Assembly: GCA_963845755.1 (NCBI GenBank)
Contig: CAWJTV010000011.1
Location: 672,001-736,000 of the forward strand
DNA: 64,000 nt
From: an uncultured Planctomycetota bacterium
GTDB lineage: Bacteria; Planctomycetota; Planctomycetia; Isosphaerales; Isosphaeraceae
Reading direction: 5' to 3'
The notes under the pieces are model-generated. The model had not been told where the DNA came from and did not search any database. It was given only the letters and a program-made list of their open reading frames with translations. Positions 20,566-31,783 of the stretch are shown one piece after another; the stretch's first letter is position 1; each line of letters begins with the position of its first letter. Position numbers and translations under genes: made by a program.

Positions 20566-20828
20566 CTGATCCCCCGCCGATCAGAGGTGACAGCCCGAAA
20601 CACGATCACCACGCGAGGAGCACGAGATCAAGCCCACCGAACCGGAGAAATCTCCGTACCGGGCTCAGGACCAACTCCTGATGTTTTACGAAAGCCCGTA
20701 GGAATTGTGATTCCGGTTTTTGCCGTTGTGGGACGGAGAGAACCACCGCGAACGGCTGCGACAGTCGAGTGGACGCCTCAAGGCGATCCCGGTAAGATGA
20801 TTCGGAGTCGCCTTCGATGGAGGATCCG

Positions 20829-21123
20829 ATGCCCCACGTCACGATTTCGGAAGAGACCTTCCGCCGTCTCGCCTCCCGAGCGTCCGCCCTGAACATCTCG
20901 GTTGACGAACTCGTCAGGCCGGCCCTGGACCGGCTCGCCGAGGCCGGGAACGGGGCCCCTCCGCCCGAGCCGCCGTTGCCGCTCACCGGTGACGCGTGCG
21001 CGCGCGGAGTACGAAGCCTGGAAGCAAGACGCCGAGCGCCTGGCTGATCGCTACCCGCAGGGATTCGTCGTCGATGACAGCCGTGAGACTATTTACCGCG
21101 AGCGGGAAGACGCCCAACTTTGA
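20829..21123 (+). CDS. Ribbon-helix-helix antitoxin (VapB-like); frameshift near 21000
   Basis: MPHVTISEETFRRLASRASALNISVDELV; C-terminus DDSRETIY; overlaps the PIN gene. Confidence 0.7.
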
Positions 21124-21590
21124 TCCTCCTCGATAGCAACATCTTGGTCCGACGCGCCCGGACCTCGGACCCGCAATTCGCCACGGTGGATACCGCGATC
21201 AACGCGCTGCACGCCGGCGGCGAGGCGCTCTGCGTGGTCCCCCAGAACGTCTACGAGTTCTGGGCCACCGCCACCCGCCCGATTGCTGCCAATGGGCTCG
21301 GCCTATCGATCCCCGAGTGCCAGGTGCACGTAGCTCGCATCAAGGGGCTCTTTCGCTTCTTCCCGGACCAACCGGCGCTTTATGCCGAGTGGGAAGCGCT
21401 GGTCGGAGCCCACGCCTGCCAGGGCCGCGTCTCGTATGATGCCCGGCTGGTCGCCGCCATGCGGACCCACGGCATCACCCGACTACTGACCTTCAACGGC
21501 CCAGACTTCGCTCGGTTCCCCGGCCTGACCCTCCTCGACCCGGCCCTGATCGCCGCCCCGGCCAACCCTCCGCCGAGTACCACCCCGTGA
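21120..21590 (+). CDS. PIN-domain toxin (VapC family)
   Basis: ILLDSNILV, PQNVYEFW..TRP..NGLG, YDARLVAAM, LLTFN..DF. Confidence 0.9.
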   Translation: MILLDSNILVRRARTSDPQFATVDTAINALHAGGEALCVVPQNVYEFWATATRPIAANGLGLSIPECQVHVARIKGLFRFFPDQPALYAEWEALVGAHACQGRVSYDARLVAAMRTHGITRLLTFNGPDFARFPGLTLLDPALIAAPANPPPSTTP

Positions 21591-21660
21591 CCGGTGAACG
21601 CGACCGCCCTCCTTTTGCCCTTTTTCTCCCCTCGGGAGGTTGATTAATTCGTTCCGTCCC

Positions 21661-23159
21661 GAATGCCACGAAGTTAGTGCACAAATCCTGCCTTCTAAAC
21701 AAGTTGTAGCATCTTGAGCAAAGGAGGGGCTCCGGGCAATCTGGTGGTAGGTCCCAGCCACCCTGACCCCGAAGGAGCCCTCCCGTGCCGGTACGAATTG
21801 TCACCATCTTGGGCCGTCTCAAGCAAGACCTCGCCGACGGGCTTTCTCGCGAGGCCATCGAGCAGGCATGCAAGCAGGAGAAATACTCGTGGCGCCAGCG
21901 GATGCTCGATCCGGTCACGACCGTCTATCTGTTTATCCTCCAGATCCTTCACGGCAACACCGCCTGTTCGCACGTGGTCCACTTCGGCCGATGGAACTTC
22001 ACCGATGCCGCCTACTGTGCCGCGCGGAAGCGGCTCCCCCTGGCGGTCCTCCGCCGCCTTGCTGCGCGGATCGCCGCGAGTGTCCGGACGGCGACGACGG
22101 CCCAATCGACCTGGCACGGCCACCGGGTCTGGCTCCTCGACGGGTCGAGCTTCTCGATGCCCGACACCCGCGAGCTGCAGGAGGCATTCGGCCAGCCCAG
22201 CGGCCAGCGGCGGGGATGCGGCTTCCCGGTCGCCAAGTTTCTGGCACTCTTCGACCTGGCCACCGGCATGCTCCTGCGGGTCGAGCCGGCGCCGCTCCGC
22301 TCGCACGAGATCGCGCAATGCGCCGTGGCCACCTCCGCTCTGAACCCCGGCGACATCGCGCTGGGTGACCGCGCCTTTTGCTCATACGCTCACCTGGCCA
22401 TCCTCCTGAACCGCAAGCAGCACGGGGTCTTCCGCGCGCATCAGCGCCAGATCATCGACTTCACTCCGGGTCGGCCGCAGGCGGTGCGGGGCAAGGGGAA
22501 GAAGCCGCACGAGGCAAAGATCCGTCCGCATTCGCGGTGGGTGCTCTCGCAGGGCGAATCCGATCAAGTAGTCATCTGGTCCAAGCCCAAGTCTCATCCG
22601 AGATGGATCACCAAGGATGAGTATGCGTCACTGCAAGAAGAGATCGCGGTGCGTGAGCTGCGATATAAGGTCTCGACGCCGGGATACCGTGTCGGCGAGG
22701 TGACGCTGGTGACGACGCTCCTGGACGCGTCGGTGTACCCGGCGGAGGCGCTGGCGGATCTGTACTTCCGGCGATGGCAGGTGAAAGTTTATCTGAGAGA
22801 CTTGAAGATCACGTTGAAGATGGATGTGCTGAAGTGCAAGACAGTGGATGGCGTGTTGAAGGAGCTGGCGGTCTTCGCCCTGGTGTACAACCTGGTGCGA
22901 TCGGTGGCGTGCCAGGCGGCGCAGGCTCAGGGCGTGGCTGCGGGCCGGGTGAGCGTGACCGACGCAGTGCGATGGCTGGTGGGCGCCGAAGGGGACGAGG
23001 ATCTGTCGGTGATCTTGACCGTCCCCAAGCGGAAGGGTCGATTCGAGCCGCGCGTCAAGAAGCGCCGCCCGAAACAGTACGATCTGATGACCAAACCCCG
23101 CAGAGAACTACGTAAAGAGCTTCTGGACAACAAGGTTGCAGCTTAAATTCGCGGCATTC
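21661..23159 (+). mobile_element. IS4-family insertion sequence (1499 bp)
   Basis: TIRs GAATGCCACGAAGTTA (21661) and GAATGCCGCGAATTTA (reverse complement, ending 23159) around one transposase ORF. Confidence 0.9.
21785..23146 (+). CDS. IS4-family DDE transposase (E of the YREK motif replaced by K)
   Basis: LLDGS, LGDRAF, LVTTLLD, LYFRRWQVKVYLRDLK, EPRVKKRRPK. Confidence 0.9.
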   Translation: MPVRIVTILGRLKQDLADGLSREAIEQACKQEKYSWRQRMLDPVTTVYLFILQILHGNTACSHVVHFGRWNFTDAAYCAARKRLPLAVLRRLAARIAASVRTATTAQSTWHGHRVWLLDGSSFSMPDTRELQEAFGQPSGQRRGCGFPVAKFLALFDLATGMLLRVEPAPLRSHEIAQCAVATSALNPGDIALGDRAFCSYAHLAILLNRKQHGVFRAHQRQIIDFTPGRPQAVRGKGKKPHEAKIRPHSRWVLSQGESDQVVIWSKPKSHPRWITKDEYASLQEEIAVRELRYKVSTPGYRVGEVTLVTTLLDASVYPAEALADLYFRRWQVKVYLRDLKITLKMDVLKCKTVDGVLKELAVFALVYNLVRSVACQAAQAQGVAAGRVSVTDAVRWLVGAEGDEDLSVILTVPKRKGRFEPRVKKRRPKQYDLMTKPRRELRKELLDNKVAA

Positions 23160-23708
23160 CTCCGCGTCCCCTTTTTCTCCGGGCTTGAGTTCGGCTCCTA
23201 TTACATCTTTCGTAATTCGTGGCTCCTGCTCACAGAATCGGACTATCACAACATTCGCGCACGAATTCGCTTCCGCTTTCAAGACCTTTTCCTAGACGGT
23301 CTCAAGGAATCTGACTTCCCGTTTCTCAATATGTCACTTCGGAGCCAGCACGTACTTGCCATTTGGAGGGGCTATATGGTCATGGTCGGGAGCAATGGCC
23401 ACGTGTGGCGCACAGCGCCCAAGGACGAGAATCTTGGGACGTATGACGACGTCACAGTTGGCCATCTGGACGCCTTCGACTGGCGAAGTCCTGAGTTCAT
23501 CGACCTGACGGTGACGATTGATGACAAGCGGCTTGCAATAAAAGTCGGCAAAGTGGCGCATGAGGTCTTGGTTAAGGACATGCCGTACGGGTATGGCGCC
23601 GGTAAGGTCCGTGTGACAACGTCCAGATGCCGTGTGCGGATTCAAGAGGTTGAACTAACGCCACTACCGTCCAACCAGTCCCGCCGTGGCAAGCGGAAGG
23701 ACCCCTGA
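23160..23708 (+). pseudogene. Lower-GC hypothetical gene fragment, probably 5'-truncated at the IS4 end
   Basis: Open frame from the IS boundary to 23708 with protein-like composition and no clear start codon. Confidence 0.45.
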
Positions 23709-23799
23709 CCGAGTTGGGTCGCCCGGTAATATGAGACCAGAAAACCTGGCAATGGATCCTCCCAATCGCGGACGCTACATGCCGCTAGTGGGCTCGTTG

Positions 23800-26700
23800 T
23801 CACCCGTTACCTGCCACCGGATCGGCGTGCACCGGCATGGACGCCATCGGCGCCGGGGCGTGGTGCTTCGACCACTCGCCGTCGAACCGGCCCACCATTT
23901 CGTCGCCTTCCTCGTCCTCGGGCCGGCCGCCGCGGGTGCGGCCGAAGGCCAGGTACAAGGCCGGCATCAGGCCCAGGTTCAGGAGCGTCGAAGTGACCAA
24001 CCCGCCCAGGATGACGATCGCCATCGGGTGCTCGATCTCGTGGCCCGGCTTGTTGCCCGCCCAGGCCAGCGGGACCAGCGCCAGGCCCGTCGCCAGGGCG
24101 GTCATCAAGATCGGGGCCAGCCGCTCCTCCGAGCCGCGGATGACCAGGTTCAGGCCGAATGGCTCGCCCTCCTCCAGCTCCAGGTGCCGGTAGTGGCTGA
24201 CCAGCATGATGCCGTTGCGCGCGGCGATCCCCAGCACCGTCACGAAGCCCACCAGCGAGCCGAGCGACAGCACGCCGCCGCCGAGGATGGCGCCCACCAC
24301 CCCGCCGATCAGGGCGAAGGGGAGCGTCAGGGCGACGAGGGCCGTCAGGCGGAGCGAGCGGAAGTCGGCGTGGATGATCAGCAGGATGCCCAGCAGCGAT
24401 AGGGCGCCCAGGGCCAGCAGGCGACGGCTCGACTCCTCCCGCGCGGCGTATTCGCCCAGGAACTCGGGGTGATACTCGCGCGGGAACTCCAGCGCCGAGA
24501 CGCGTTTCTGGACCTCGCGGGCGACGCTCCCCAGGTCGGCCCCTGGCGCGATGTTGCAGGTCACGTCGATCTTCCGCGAGGCCCCTTCGCGCTTGATCTC
24601 GTTCGCCGCCGGCACCAGCGCGATCTCGGCGACGTCGGAGAGCGGCACGTGCGTCCCCAGCGGGGTCTCCACCGGCAACGTACTCAGCTTTGCGACGTCG
24701 TTGCGGACCTCTTCGGTCCCCCAGATGAACACGTCGAAGATCTTCTGCTCGCGGTAGAGCTCGCCGACCTTCAGGCCCTTGACCAGCGTGGTCGCCGCGC
24801 GGCGGACATCCCCGGCGGTCAGCCCCAGCCGGGCCGAGGCCTCCGGCCGCAGCCGCACGTCCAGTTGCGGCACGAGTAACTGCGGCTCGACCGTCAACTT
24901 CGTGATCCCCTCGATCGGCTCCATCACCTTGGCGACCTCCTGCGCCTTGGCGCGGAGCACGTTCTGGTCGGGGCCGAAGAGCCGCACCACCACCGTGGCC
25001 CCGGCGCCCGTCAACACTTCCTTGATCCGCTCTTTCAGGTAAGTCTGCACATCCTTGTAGAGGCCCGGGTAGCCGTCGACGACGTCCTGGACCTTCGCCA
25101 GGGTCGCGGCGTGGTCGCCCTCGGGGTCGACGCTGATCCAGAGCTCGGTGAAGTTCGGGCCGACGACCTCGTCGGCGACCTCGGCCCGGCCGATGTGCGA
25201 GCCGAAGTTGCGCACGCCGGGCACGGCAGCGCAGCTCCTTGCTGACGTTGACCGTGACCCGCCGCATGGCCTCCAGCGAGGTGCCCGGCTTCTCGATCCA
25301 GTGCATCAGGAAGTCGTTCTCCTGGAAGTCGGGGAGGAACGACTGGCCCAGGCCGTAGACGCCCCATCCCGTCGCGACGAAGGCCGCCAGCAGGATGACC
25401 ACCGCCCAGCCGGGCCGACGCGCCAGCGGAGGCAGGACCGCCCGGTACACCGCCTTGAGCACCCGGACCAGCGGCGACTCGCGCCGGCGCTCCGAGGCCC
25501 CGGTCAGGAGCAACAGCGACAGGGCCGGCGTGACCGTCAGCGCCACCAGCAGCGAGGCGAGGATCGCCAGCACGTAGGCCAGGGCCAGCGGCCGGAAGAA
25601 CGAACCCGAGAGCCCGTCGAGGAAGAAGACCGGGACGAACACCAGGATCACGATCAGGCTGGCATAGACCACGGCGCTGCGGACCTCGAGCGAGGCGTCC
25701 AGGACGACCCGGAAGGCCGACCGCGGCCGGGCCGCGGTGCGGTTGAGCCGCAGCCGCCGCACGATGTTCTCCACGTCGATGATCGCGTCGTCCACCACTT
25801 CCCCCATCGCGATCACCAGCCCGGCGATCACCATGGTGTTCAAGGTCGCGCCCATCGCCGTCAGCACCAGGGTCGCGGCGATCAGCGACAGCGGGATCGC
25901 CGTCAGGCTGATCACCGCCGTGCGCCAGTCGAAGAGGAAGGTCACCAGGATCAGGATCACCAGGGCACAGCCGACGAGCATCGCCTCACCGAGGTTCTCC
26001 AGCGACCGCTCGATGAACCCGGCCGGGCGGAAGATCGTCGGGTCGACGTCGACCCCCTTGAGGCCGGGCTTGAGGGCCTCGAGGGCCTTCTCGACTTCCT
26101 TGGTCACTTGCAGGGTATTGCCGGTCGGCTGCTTCTCGACGATCAGCAAGAGGCCCTCGCCGTCGTTGATCACGGCGTCGCCGATCGGCGGCGGGAAGCC
26201 GACCTTGATCTCGGCGACGTCCCCCAGGCGCAGGGGTGCTCCGTTGCGGAACGCGACGGTCATCTTCGCCAGGTCCTCGGGCTCCTCGATCGCCGCGCTA
26301 TGGCGGACCGCGATCCGCTGGTTGGGCATGTCGACGAACCCGCCGCCGGCCACGGTCGCCGCGTCGGTCACCGCCTTGACGATGGTGTCGAGCGTCACGC
26401 CGTTGAGACGGAGCCGACCCGGGTCGACCAGCACCTGGTACTGGCGGTCGCGCTGGCCCCAGATCGCCACGTTCGCCACGCCGGGGATCGCCATCAGCCG
26501 CGGGCGGATCGTCCACTTCGCCAGCAGGGTCAGGTCCATCTGCGAGAGCGTCTTGGACGAGACCCCGATCTTCAGCAGCCGGCTGGTCGAGGACAGTGGC
26601 GAGAGGATCACCGGCACTCGGGCCGCCGCCGGCAGCCGGGACGCCTCCACCGCCAACCGCTCCTGAACCACCTGCCGCGCCGACATCAGGTCGGTCCCCT

Positions 26701-26995
26701 CCTTGAGGATCAGCACCACGCTCGAGAGCCCCAGCACCGACTTCGACCGGATCGTCTTGAGCCCGATCGTACCGTTGAGCGCGTTCTCCAGCGGCACGCT
26801 GATCAGGCTCTCGACCTCCTCGGTCGACAGGCCCGGTGCCTCGGTCTGGATCTCGACCAGGGGCGGCGCGAACTCGGGGAACACGTCCAGCGGAGCCGTG
26901 CGCGCCTTCTGGATGCCCACGATCATGAGCACCACCGCCATGGCCAGCACCATCACCCGCAGGCGTAATGATGTCGAGACGATCCAGTTCATCAT
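23800..26995 (-). CDS. CusA/CzcA-family RND efflux permease; frameshift near 25228
   Basis: [63 protein letters not shown]. Confidence 0.93.
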
Positions 26996-27694
26996 TTGTC
27001 TTTTGTCCTTTGTCCTTTGTCCTTGGTCCCTGGTCCCTTGTGGAGGAATGCGGTGTCCTGGCTGATGGCCTGGGGCAGGCTCTCCAGGCGGAATGTATTG
27101 AAATATCTCAGTATGATTGGTGGTAGTGCATTTCGATCGTCGGCGACCCAATAGATCAAACGATACCACGCGCCATCCCTCTGGAATGCGAGCAAATCGA
27201 TGAAACGCGGCGGACGGCGGTCGGGGAAGGCTCCGTTACCCGGATACGTCGAGATCCTCTCATAGGCGGCCTTCCCTTGAAACATGGTCGGCTTGAAGTC
27301 GGCCAGGTCGGGCGGCTGTTCTTCGGGCCGTCTTTCAACGGCGAAAGCGGCGGACCACTTGCTCGGGATGAGCATCCGGGGATTCGCCGAGATCCCCGCG
27401 AACTCCTTCCAATCCTCAACGTCGAATTCCCAGTTTGGCGGAAGGACGATCGAGAAGCCCTTGGGGTGGACGACGCGATTGGCCTCAACGGGTAGCTGGT
27501 CGGGAATCGCGAGACCCGCGCGGCTTGCCGAAGTTCGGAGACGTCAGGATCGGCGAGAGCATGCAACCGACGATCGGGCTGATGATGCCGAGGGTGATCA
27601 GGGTTTTGACAAGGCGCCGGGGTTTCGGCTCGCCTTCCTCGCGGCCCTTGGCGGGCGCGTCGAATTCGGGATCGAAGGCAACGCGGGACTTCAT
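26992..27694 (-). CDS. Hypothetical membrane-anchored protein inserted in the efflux operon (frameshifted)
   Basis: Pieces 27485..27694 (hydrophobic [13 protein letters not shown]) and 26992..27375. The stop overlaps the RND start. Confidence 0.4.
26995..27036. repeat. Heptamer tract (GGACAAA)n on the - strand, abutting the RND start codon
   Basis: + strand tttgtct tttgtcc tttgtcc tttgtcc ttggtcc ctggtcc. Confidence 0.8.
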
Positions 27695-27729
27695 GGCGAT
27701 GTCACCCACGGCAAGGATACCACCGAGCC

Positions 27730-27792
27730 TGTAGGGTGGGTGAAACCCACCGGGAAGAGACACGATCATCGGTGGGTTTCACCCACCCTACA
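27730..27792. repeat. GTAG-class REP doublet (REPIN)
   Basis: Perfect 23-bp IR TGTAGGGTGGGTGAAACCCACCG at 27730-27752 / 27770-27792; each arm has an internal hairpin. Confidence 0.9.
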
Positions 27793-27799
27793 AGAACGC

Positions 27800-29065
27800 T
27801 CATTTCTGCCCCCCGAACTCGGCGCCGTAGAGCTCGGCCGCGCCCTGGCTGACGACCTTGGCGCCGGGCTTGAGCCCGCCGGAGAGCGCAGCGAGATCGC
27901 CGACGACGCGGTCAACAAAGACGCGGCGGCGGGAATAGGCGTGGGGTGCGATGTTCTCATAAACCCAGGTGCCGCCGAGAGCGTCGCGGATCAAGGCAGA
28001 GCGTGGGACGGCCAGGCTGTGTTCGTCGCCGCTCAAGGGGAGGGTGACGCCGACCCGCTGGCCGGGTCGGAGGGCGTGGCCGTGGTTCTCGACCTCGTAG
28101 TAGAGGAAGACGGTCGCCGCCAGCGGGTCGCCCGAGGGTGGCGCGGTGACCGGCCGGGCCGCCTTGACACCGACCCCGGGCGCCGCGGACAGGCTGCCGA
28201 CGCCCGCCGGCTTGTCGGCCGCCAGCCGCTCCAGGTCGCCGACATATACCGGCACCCGGACCCAGATCGGGTCCAGCTCGGCCACGTCGAACAGGGGCGC
28301 GGCGACCGGGACCGGCTGGCCCTCCTGGGCGTGGACGTTCTGGAGGATGCCCTTGACCGGCGCCCGGAACGTGAGCGTGGTCATACCGCTGCCGGCCTCA
28401 GGGTCCAGCGCGATCTTCCGCAGCTCGTCGCGCCGCTCCTCGGCGGCCTTGACGGCCGTCTGCGCCACGTCGAACTGCGCCTTGGCGTCGATCAGCGCGG
28501 CGGCCGGCAGCAGCTTATCGCGGACCGCATTTTCCGCCCGGTCCAGGGCGATCCTGGCGATCTTGAGCTGCTCCTGCGCCGTCCTGACCTGGCCGTCGGC
28601 CTCCTTCAGCAACGGCGCCATCGTGGCGCGGGCCTCGGGCGAGAGGATCGGCTTGACGACGAAGATCGGCTGTCCCTGGCTGACCAGGCTCCCGGGGAGA
28701 GGGACCTTCGCGCCCGGCGGGGCCTCGACCGTCCCCAGGAACGGCGAGGCGACGATGATCAACCGGCCGGTGGGGATCATCACCTCTCCGCCGTAGCTCA
28801 CCGCGCGCGGGACCGGCTGGCGCTTCGCCTCGACCGCGACGATCCCCAGCCGGTGCTCGGCCTGTTCCGTCAGGTCCAGCTTGGCCAGGTCCGCCTCCTT
28901 GACGGCGCCGGTCACCTTCGACGGACCCGATGCCTTGGTGCCGGCCGGGGGCGACCCGGCCGCAGCCTTGGGTGCCGCCGGCTGGCAGCCCGGCCCGGTC
29001 GCGTACGCCAGCGAGGCCAGGCCGCCCAGCATCAGCAGCCGGCGGCCCGAGTTGCATCTCATCAT
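27800..29065 (-). CDS. RND efflux periplasmic adaptor (membrane fusion protein)
   Basis: AEHRLGI, GEVMIPTG, RAPVKGIL, WVRVPVYVGD, LRPGQRV, GAKVVSQGAAELYG. Confidence 0.92.
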   Translation of the reverse strand: MMRCNSGRRLLMLGGLASLAYATGPGCQPAAPKAAAGSPPAGTKASGPSKVTGAVKEADLAKLDLTEQAEHRLGIVAVEAKRQPVPRAVSYGGEVMIPTGRLIIVASPFLGTVEAPPGAKVPLPGSLVSQGQPIFVVKPILSPEARATMAPLLKEADGQVRTAQEQLKIARIALDRAENAVRDKLLPAAALIDAKAQFDVAQTAVKAAEERRDELRKIALDPEAGSGMTTLTFRAPVKGILQNVHAQEGQPVPVAAPLFDVAELDPIWVRVPVYVGDLERLAADKPAGVGSLSAAPGVGVKAARPVTAPPSGDPLAATVFLYYEVENHGHALRPGQRVGVTLPLSGDEHSLAVPRSALIRDALGGTWVYENIAPHAYSRRRVFVDRVVGDLAALSGGLKPGAKVVSQGAAELYGAEFGGQK

Positions 29066-29414
29066 GGCTTCAATCTTCCTCTCGTGCCCGAGTTCGAGTG
29101 GCATGTTGCTGCTCTGAAAACCGGTCGCACATTGTAACCCGGCGGTGGCAGACATCATCTCAGATCCGGCGGTTCACCGTCCGTCCGCGCCCCACCGGCG
29201 GCCAGGTCCAGCGGTTCGAACGAGTTGCGGTCAACTCAAAATCTATGAATTTCAAAACATTTAATCTATATAACAAACTTCGCTGCATTTAGTGTACGAT
29301 TGATCCATCTGTTAATCACCTGTTCTCAGGTGAGCGGGCCTGGAGCGTTTCGCGCCTGGTTCGTGCATGAGCCGCACGAGTGCCGCGGCGTACGCAGCTC
29401 ATTCGTGCGGCGAT

Positions 29415-30814
29415 CTAGGATCGCGGGGCACCTCCATCGTGTCGAAGAGCGGGGAGGACGAGCGTGACGCGGGTCCCGCTCCCGGAGCCGCTGTCGATCC
29501 CGAGTCGGCCGCCGTGGGCCTCGGCGATCGAGCGGCAGATGGCCAGGCCCAGTCCGCTCCCCTCGATCTCGGGAGACCGTGCGGGATCGACGCGATAGAA
29601 CCGCTCGAAGACGTGGGGCAGGTGATCGGCCGGAATGCCGATCCCCGAGTCGTCGACCGCGATGCGGATCTGGCCGTGGGACGACTCACCCTGAACGGCC
29701 ACGGTGCCGCCGGGCGGCGTGTACTTGATGGCGTTGTCGAGCAGGTTGAAGAAGAGCTGGCGCAGGCGGTCCGCGTCCCCCTGGACTGGGAACGAGCCGG
29801 GCAGGTCGACCGACAAGCCCACCCCCTTCTCCTGCGCGGCGACGCCCATGTGTTCGCCCACCTCGGAGACCAGGTCCTCCAGCCGGATGGTCTGGTCCTC
29901 CCCGGTGCCGATGCCCGCGTCCTCGCGGCAGAGGAACAGGAGCTGAGAGACCAGTCGCGTGAGCCGCTCCATTTCCTCGAGGAGGTTCTCGAGCATGCGC
30001 TGGTCGCGTTCGGGCGAGCGCGGCGACCGGAGGGCGACCTCGGCTTCGGTGCGCATGGCGGCCAGCGGGGTGCGGAGCTCGTGGGCGGCGTCGGCGGTGA
30101 AGCGCCGGACCTCCTCGAAGGACCGCTGGAGCCGCTCGATCATCGCGTTGAAGGTCCGGGCCAGGCCGTCCAGCTCGTCGTCGGTGCCGGGTGTTTCCAG
30201 GCGGCGGTCCAGCCGGTTGGACGTGATCTCGGCCGCCGTGGCGGCCATCCGATCGATGGGCTCCAGTGCCTTGCGGGCCAGCCAGTAACCGCCGCCGAGA
30301 GTGCAGGCCAGCGCCAGGGGACCGATCGTCAGGAGCACGACCACCAGCTCGCGCAAGGCAGGGCGCTCGGGGCCAGGCTGGCGGCCACCTGGAGCAAGAG
30401 CGGGCCGGACGGCCCGCGAACCACGCCGCCGGCCAGGTGCACCCGACCCAGTCGCTCCAGCGTGACGCTCCGCAACACCGGCCCTAGGTCGCCGACGTCG
30501 GGGCGCGGCAGCCCCGTCGGCTCAACGCCTCCGCTCCGGAATACAAGCTCACCCGCCGGAGTGGTGAGGTCGAATTCGTGGCCCTCTACCGCAGAGAAGC
30601 GCGCGTGCAGGAGATCGGGCAGCGCGGAGAGGCTGCCGGCCCTCCCGACCTCGTCTCCAAACTCGGTGAACTCGCCCCGCAGCGCGGCATCGGTCAGGGC
30701 GAACAAGTGGTGCTGCATCAGCAGGTAGACCGCCACGCTGAAGCCGGCCAGGATCGCAGATAGCACGGCGCCGTACCAGGCCGTCAGTCGCCAGCGGATG
30801 CTCAGATTGGTCAT
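29415..30814 (-). CDS. Heavy-metal-type sensor histidine kinase (CusS/CzcS-like); frameshift near 30357
   Basis: LSIRWRLTAWY, HAMP (DDELDGLA), H-box FTADAAHELRTP, NLLDNAIKYT, GSGLGLAI. Confidence 0.9.
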
Positions 30815-30827
30815 TGGTCATTGGTCA
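30807..30827. repeat. Heptamer (TTGGTCA)x3 containing the kinase start codon
   Basis: The - strand reads TGACCAA x3 and supplies ATG ACC AAT. Confidence 0.75.
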
Positions 30828-30863
30828 GAAACGAAACGGCCATGAAGACCGGATTCCCACTCC

Positions 30864-31541
30864 TTACTCCCCACTTCTCAAGACATAGCCCACGCCCCGA
30901 ACCGTCTGGATCAGCGCCGCCCGGCCGGTGCGGTCGATCTTCTTTCGGAGGGCGTTGATGTACACGTCGATGATTCGCGTCATGGCTCCGGTCGCCTCCT
31001 TCCAGACGTCCAGGGCGATCATGTGACGCGTGACGACCTCATTCTTGTGGCGGATGAGATACTCCAGCAGTTCGAACTCGCGTCCGGTGAGCTCCAGCTC
31101 GGCCCCGGCCCGAGTCACCCGGCGGTCGACCAGGTCCACGACCAGGTCGCCCGCCCGCATGACCAATTCCCGGCCCGAGGTGTCCCGTCTCAGCAGGGCA
31201 CGGAGCCGGGCGAGGAACTCGGCGAAGGCGAACGGCTTGACTAGGTAGTCGTTGGCCCCTTCGTCCAGGCCCCGGACGCGGTCCTCGACGGCGTCACGCG
31301 CCGAGAGGATGAGGATCGGCTTGGTGAAGCCGGTGGTCCGAAGCTCCCGCAGCAGGCTCATCCCGTCCCGGCCCGGCAGCATCAGGTCGAGCACGATCGC
31401 ATCGATCGCATCGCCGGCCGCCATCGCCAGGCCCTCCTCACCCGTCGAGGCCGTGATCACATCATAGCCTTCGGCCTCCAGGCCGCGCCGCAGGCTGTCC
31501 AGGTGCCGCTTCTGATCTTCCACGACAAGGACGCGCGCCAT
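30864..31541 (-). CDS. OmpR-family response regulator (CusR/CzcR-like)
   Basis: VLVVED, LDLMLP, DYLVKPF, LTGREFELL, IQTVRGVGY. Confidence 0.95.
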   Translation of the reverse strand: MARVLVVEDQKRHLDSLRRGLEAEGYDVITASTGEEGLAMAAGDAIDAIVLDLMLPGRDGMSLLRELRTTGFTKPILILSARDAVEDRVRGLDEGANDYLVKPFAFAEFLARLRALLRRDTSGRELVMRAGDLVVDLVDRRVTRAGAELELTGREFELLEYLIRHKNEVVTRHMIALDVWKEATGAMTRIIDVYINALRKKIDRTGRAALIQTVRGVGYVLRSGE

Positions 31542-31783
31542 CGCCAGACCCCGCGGCCCAGACACCCCAATCGGCAGCCCCAACTTAGTCTATCGGCCGC
31601 ACGTCCAGGTCGCATGGGGAGTTCGGTTAATTCTTCTTAACAATGGGATCCCGCGGTTTTTGACGCCGATAATCAATGCGCGGATTGGAGCCGCTCCGTG
31701 CCTTGGCCGAACTGGTCCGCGGAAGCGGGACAGCGGTCGGCTGACACCATCTAAAGGGAACCTCGGGCAGGAAGCTATTTCCC

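Noticed and set aside
25148..29137. Long + strand ORFs (606 and 617 aa) and similar antisense ORFs elsewhere
   Set aside because: Shadow frames of high-GC genes with no recognisable motifs.
29230..29335. Response-regulator binding box in the AT-rich region upstream of the efflux operon
   Set aside because: Plausibly a promoter, but I could not define a convincing repeat or consensus.
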